A stretch of 32,000 nucleotides of DNA, taken from NCBI RefSeq assembly GCF_000196355.1, contig NC_007614.1:3000001-3032000 (forward strand), given 5' to 3'. The notes under the pieces were generated by a model, which saw nothing but the letters and a program-made list of their open reading frames with translations, searched no databases and was not told the origin of the DNA. Origin of the DNA: Nitrosospira multiformis ATCC 25196. Lineage in GTDB: Bacteria; Pseudomonadota; Gammaproteobacteria; Burkholderiales; Nitrosomonadaceae. Positions 30,521 to 32,000 of the stretch are shown in pieces (position 1 is the stretch's first letter; every line of letters begins with the position of its first letter). The translations under genes were made by a program, and so were the position numbers.

Positions 30521-30706
30521 ATGAATAAGGATCAAGTGAAAGGAACCGCAAAAGACATCGCAGGAAAAATTCAGGAAGAGGCCGGAAGGGCAGCAGGAAG
30601 TAAAGAACATGAGGCCAAGGGTCTTGGCAAACAAGTTGCCGGCAAGGCGCAGAAGAAATATGGGGACGCCAAGGAAGCCGTGAAGGATGCGGCAGACAAG
30701 CTTTAA
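30521..30706 (+). CDS. CsbD-like stress-associated protein
   Basis: 61 aa MNKDQVKGTAKDIAGKIQEEAGRAAGSKEHEAKGLGKQVAGKAQKKYGDAKEAVKDAADKL; strong SD (AAAGGAGA) upstream. Confidence 0.93.
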   Translation: MNKDQVKGTAKDIAGKIQEEAGRAAGSKEHEAKGLGKQVAGKAQKKYGDAKEAVKDAADKL

Positions 30707-30736
30707 ATTAACTTCCAAACATCCCCTCCCGCTCAA

Positions 30737-30763
30737 CCAAAAACCCGCTTTGCGGGTTTTTGG
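30737..30763 (+). terminator. rho-independent terminator downstream of the CsbD-like gene
   Basis: CCAAAAACCCGC-TTT-GCGGGTTTTTGG, perfect 12-bp stem with 3-nt loop and a U-rich 3' arm. Confidence 0.88.
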
Positions 30764-31270
30764 TTATTTGATTCAGCCTGCCAGCCTTCCCCTTCTTTTT
30801 TTCTGAAGAAAGCCTGCATCACTTCCAGAGTTTTCGGCTTATGGCTTCAATGTCTCCAATAAAAAGGAATCGACATATCTGAAGGTCAAGGGTCAGGAAT
30901 CAAGAGATCGGGGCAGAATGCCCATCCACTTCGCCGTTTTCAGTTTCCCGCTCCCGCTCGTGATAGAGGTCACGGAACACGGCCGGGAGGTCCCATGCAC
31001 ATTATAAATTCCGTAACGCCCCGTCGACACAATCGGTGCTTGCATTCACTTCAAGGAGTTCCGATAAATAGCCAAATGTGTTCCCTATGTAAGAACCGAA
31101 CAAGGCTACATAGAACGAAGCTCTTACGCTATTTTCAACTCCCCGGATAGCAGTTCCAGCAGTTGCCTGGCTCCACTCCATCTCTGTCCGGATTACATTG
31201 CTGCCCGGTAATAGCCTTCAGTAAAACCGAAGCGATGACGACATGCCGGCAGTACCTAGACTGGAGGCGT

Positions 31271-31738
31271 TTATTCCTTCGAAGATAGCTTTTCGCTGAG
31301 CTCTTCAAGAAAACCTTGCTGCGCAGGACGGACGCGCCGCTTTCCTTCGGGAATGTCAAACCACTCCGCCCGATCCACCTCCGGGAACTCCCGGATTCTG
31401 CCGGAGCCTTTCGGCCATTCCATGCTGAAGGCGTTTGAGATCAACCCGGAGGGGTCCCAGTCGCTTTCCGTAGCCCAGGCATCCACCTGCTTTCCGCTGG
31501 GTTGGGTGCGCGACGTGAGCGGAAGGAAGGGTGCGGATGGATGATGCCCGGTTTCCTCAAAAAACTCTCTTAACGCAGCCTGCAGCGGTTCTTCATCCTC
31601 CTCGTATTCGCCCTTTGCGATCGACCATGCGCCGAGATCCTTGTTTTTCCAGAAGGGACCTCCAGGATGGACAAGCAGAACCTCCAGCCGGCCATTTCGT
31701 CTGCGATAGGGCAGAATGCCCGCGCTTTTCTTACTCAT
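31271..31738 (-). CDS. NUDIX hydrolase
   Basis: 155 aa; MSKKSAGILPYRRRNGRLEVLLVHPGGP and Nudix box G-EYEEDEEPLQAAL-REFFEETGH. Confidence 0.93.
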   Translation of the reverse strand: MSKKSAGILPYRRRNGRLEVLLVHPGGPFWKNKDLGAWSIAKGEYEEDEEPLQAALREFFEETGHHPSAPFLPLTSRTQPSGKQVDAWATESDWDPSGLISNAFSMEWPKGSGRIREFPEVDRAEWFDIPEGKRRVRPAQQGFLEELSEKLSSKE

Positions 31739-32000
31739 GCTGATGATGGTTCGACTGCCCGCTCAGGCTAAATCCGAAGAGACTGTGAAGCAGTTAAGCG
31801 AAAACATGCCGCCTATACGGAGGGACCAAAGAAGTGGCTATATAAATTTAACCGCTGCTTTCACGTCGTATCTCGTTGTCCCGCTTACGAATTAACACAA
31901 AACAGGGCAATTCAGATCACGGGTTCATGCTTGATGCGGGTTCTCGTCTTTATCGCTCTTCTCCTTTGCCGTGCAATCATCCGTTTCGTAATACAAGCCA

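Noticed and set aside
1-32000. CRISPR array, transposase, integrase, tRNA or rRNA
   Set aside because: Scanned for regularly spaced repeats, IS-like proteins and tRNA-like T-loops; nothing credible was found by eye. A tRNAscan/ISfinder run would be needed for formal exclusion.

Overview
The window looks like an ordinary, gene-dense betaproteobacterial chromosome segment. Protein signatures and gene order suggest a Nitrosomonadaceae-like ammonia oxidiser, but that lineage call is inference. I saw no mobile element, CRISPR array, rRNA or tRNA. Gene order is: partial FecCD-type permease(-), HAD-IB hydrolase(-), hda(-) | purM(+), purN, DUF3108 protein, RsmB-like methyltransferase, PLD-family nuclease, MscS-family channel, small membrane protein | membrane protein(-), glyoxalase(-), rubredoxin(-) | thiD, thiE, hemL(+) | cytochrome c4(-) | SPOR-like protein(+), map, glnD(+) | metE(-) | metR(+) | CADD/PqqC-like diiron-type protein(-) | EamA/RhtA-like transporter(-) | YqaA-like protein(+) | grxD, prmC, prfA, hemA(-) | AI-2E/PerM-like permease(+), CsbD-like protein(+) | NUDIX hydrolase(-). 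The most interesting locus is the CADD-like gene at 22090..22833. It keeps the metal-ligand spacing and catalytic lysine recalled for Chlamydia CADD, an unusual self-sacrificing p-aminobenzoate synthase. It lies next to the metE/metR pair, whose shared promoter region carries an exact TGAA-N5-TTCA MetR-type motif. I found no convincing wholly new multi-gene system. Secondary leads are two uncharacterised membrane proteins, an inverted-repeat-rich hemL/cytochrome c4 intergenic region, and direct repeats upstream of the CsbD-like gene.
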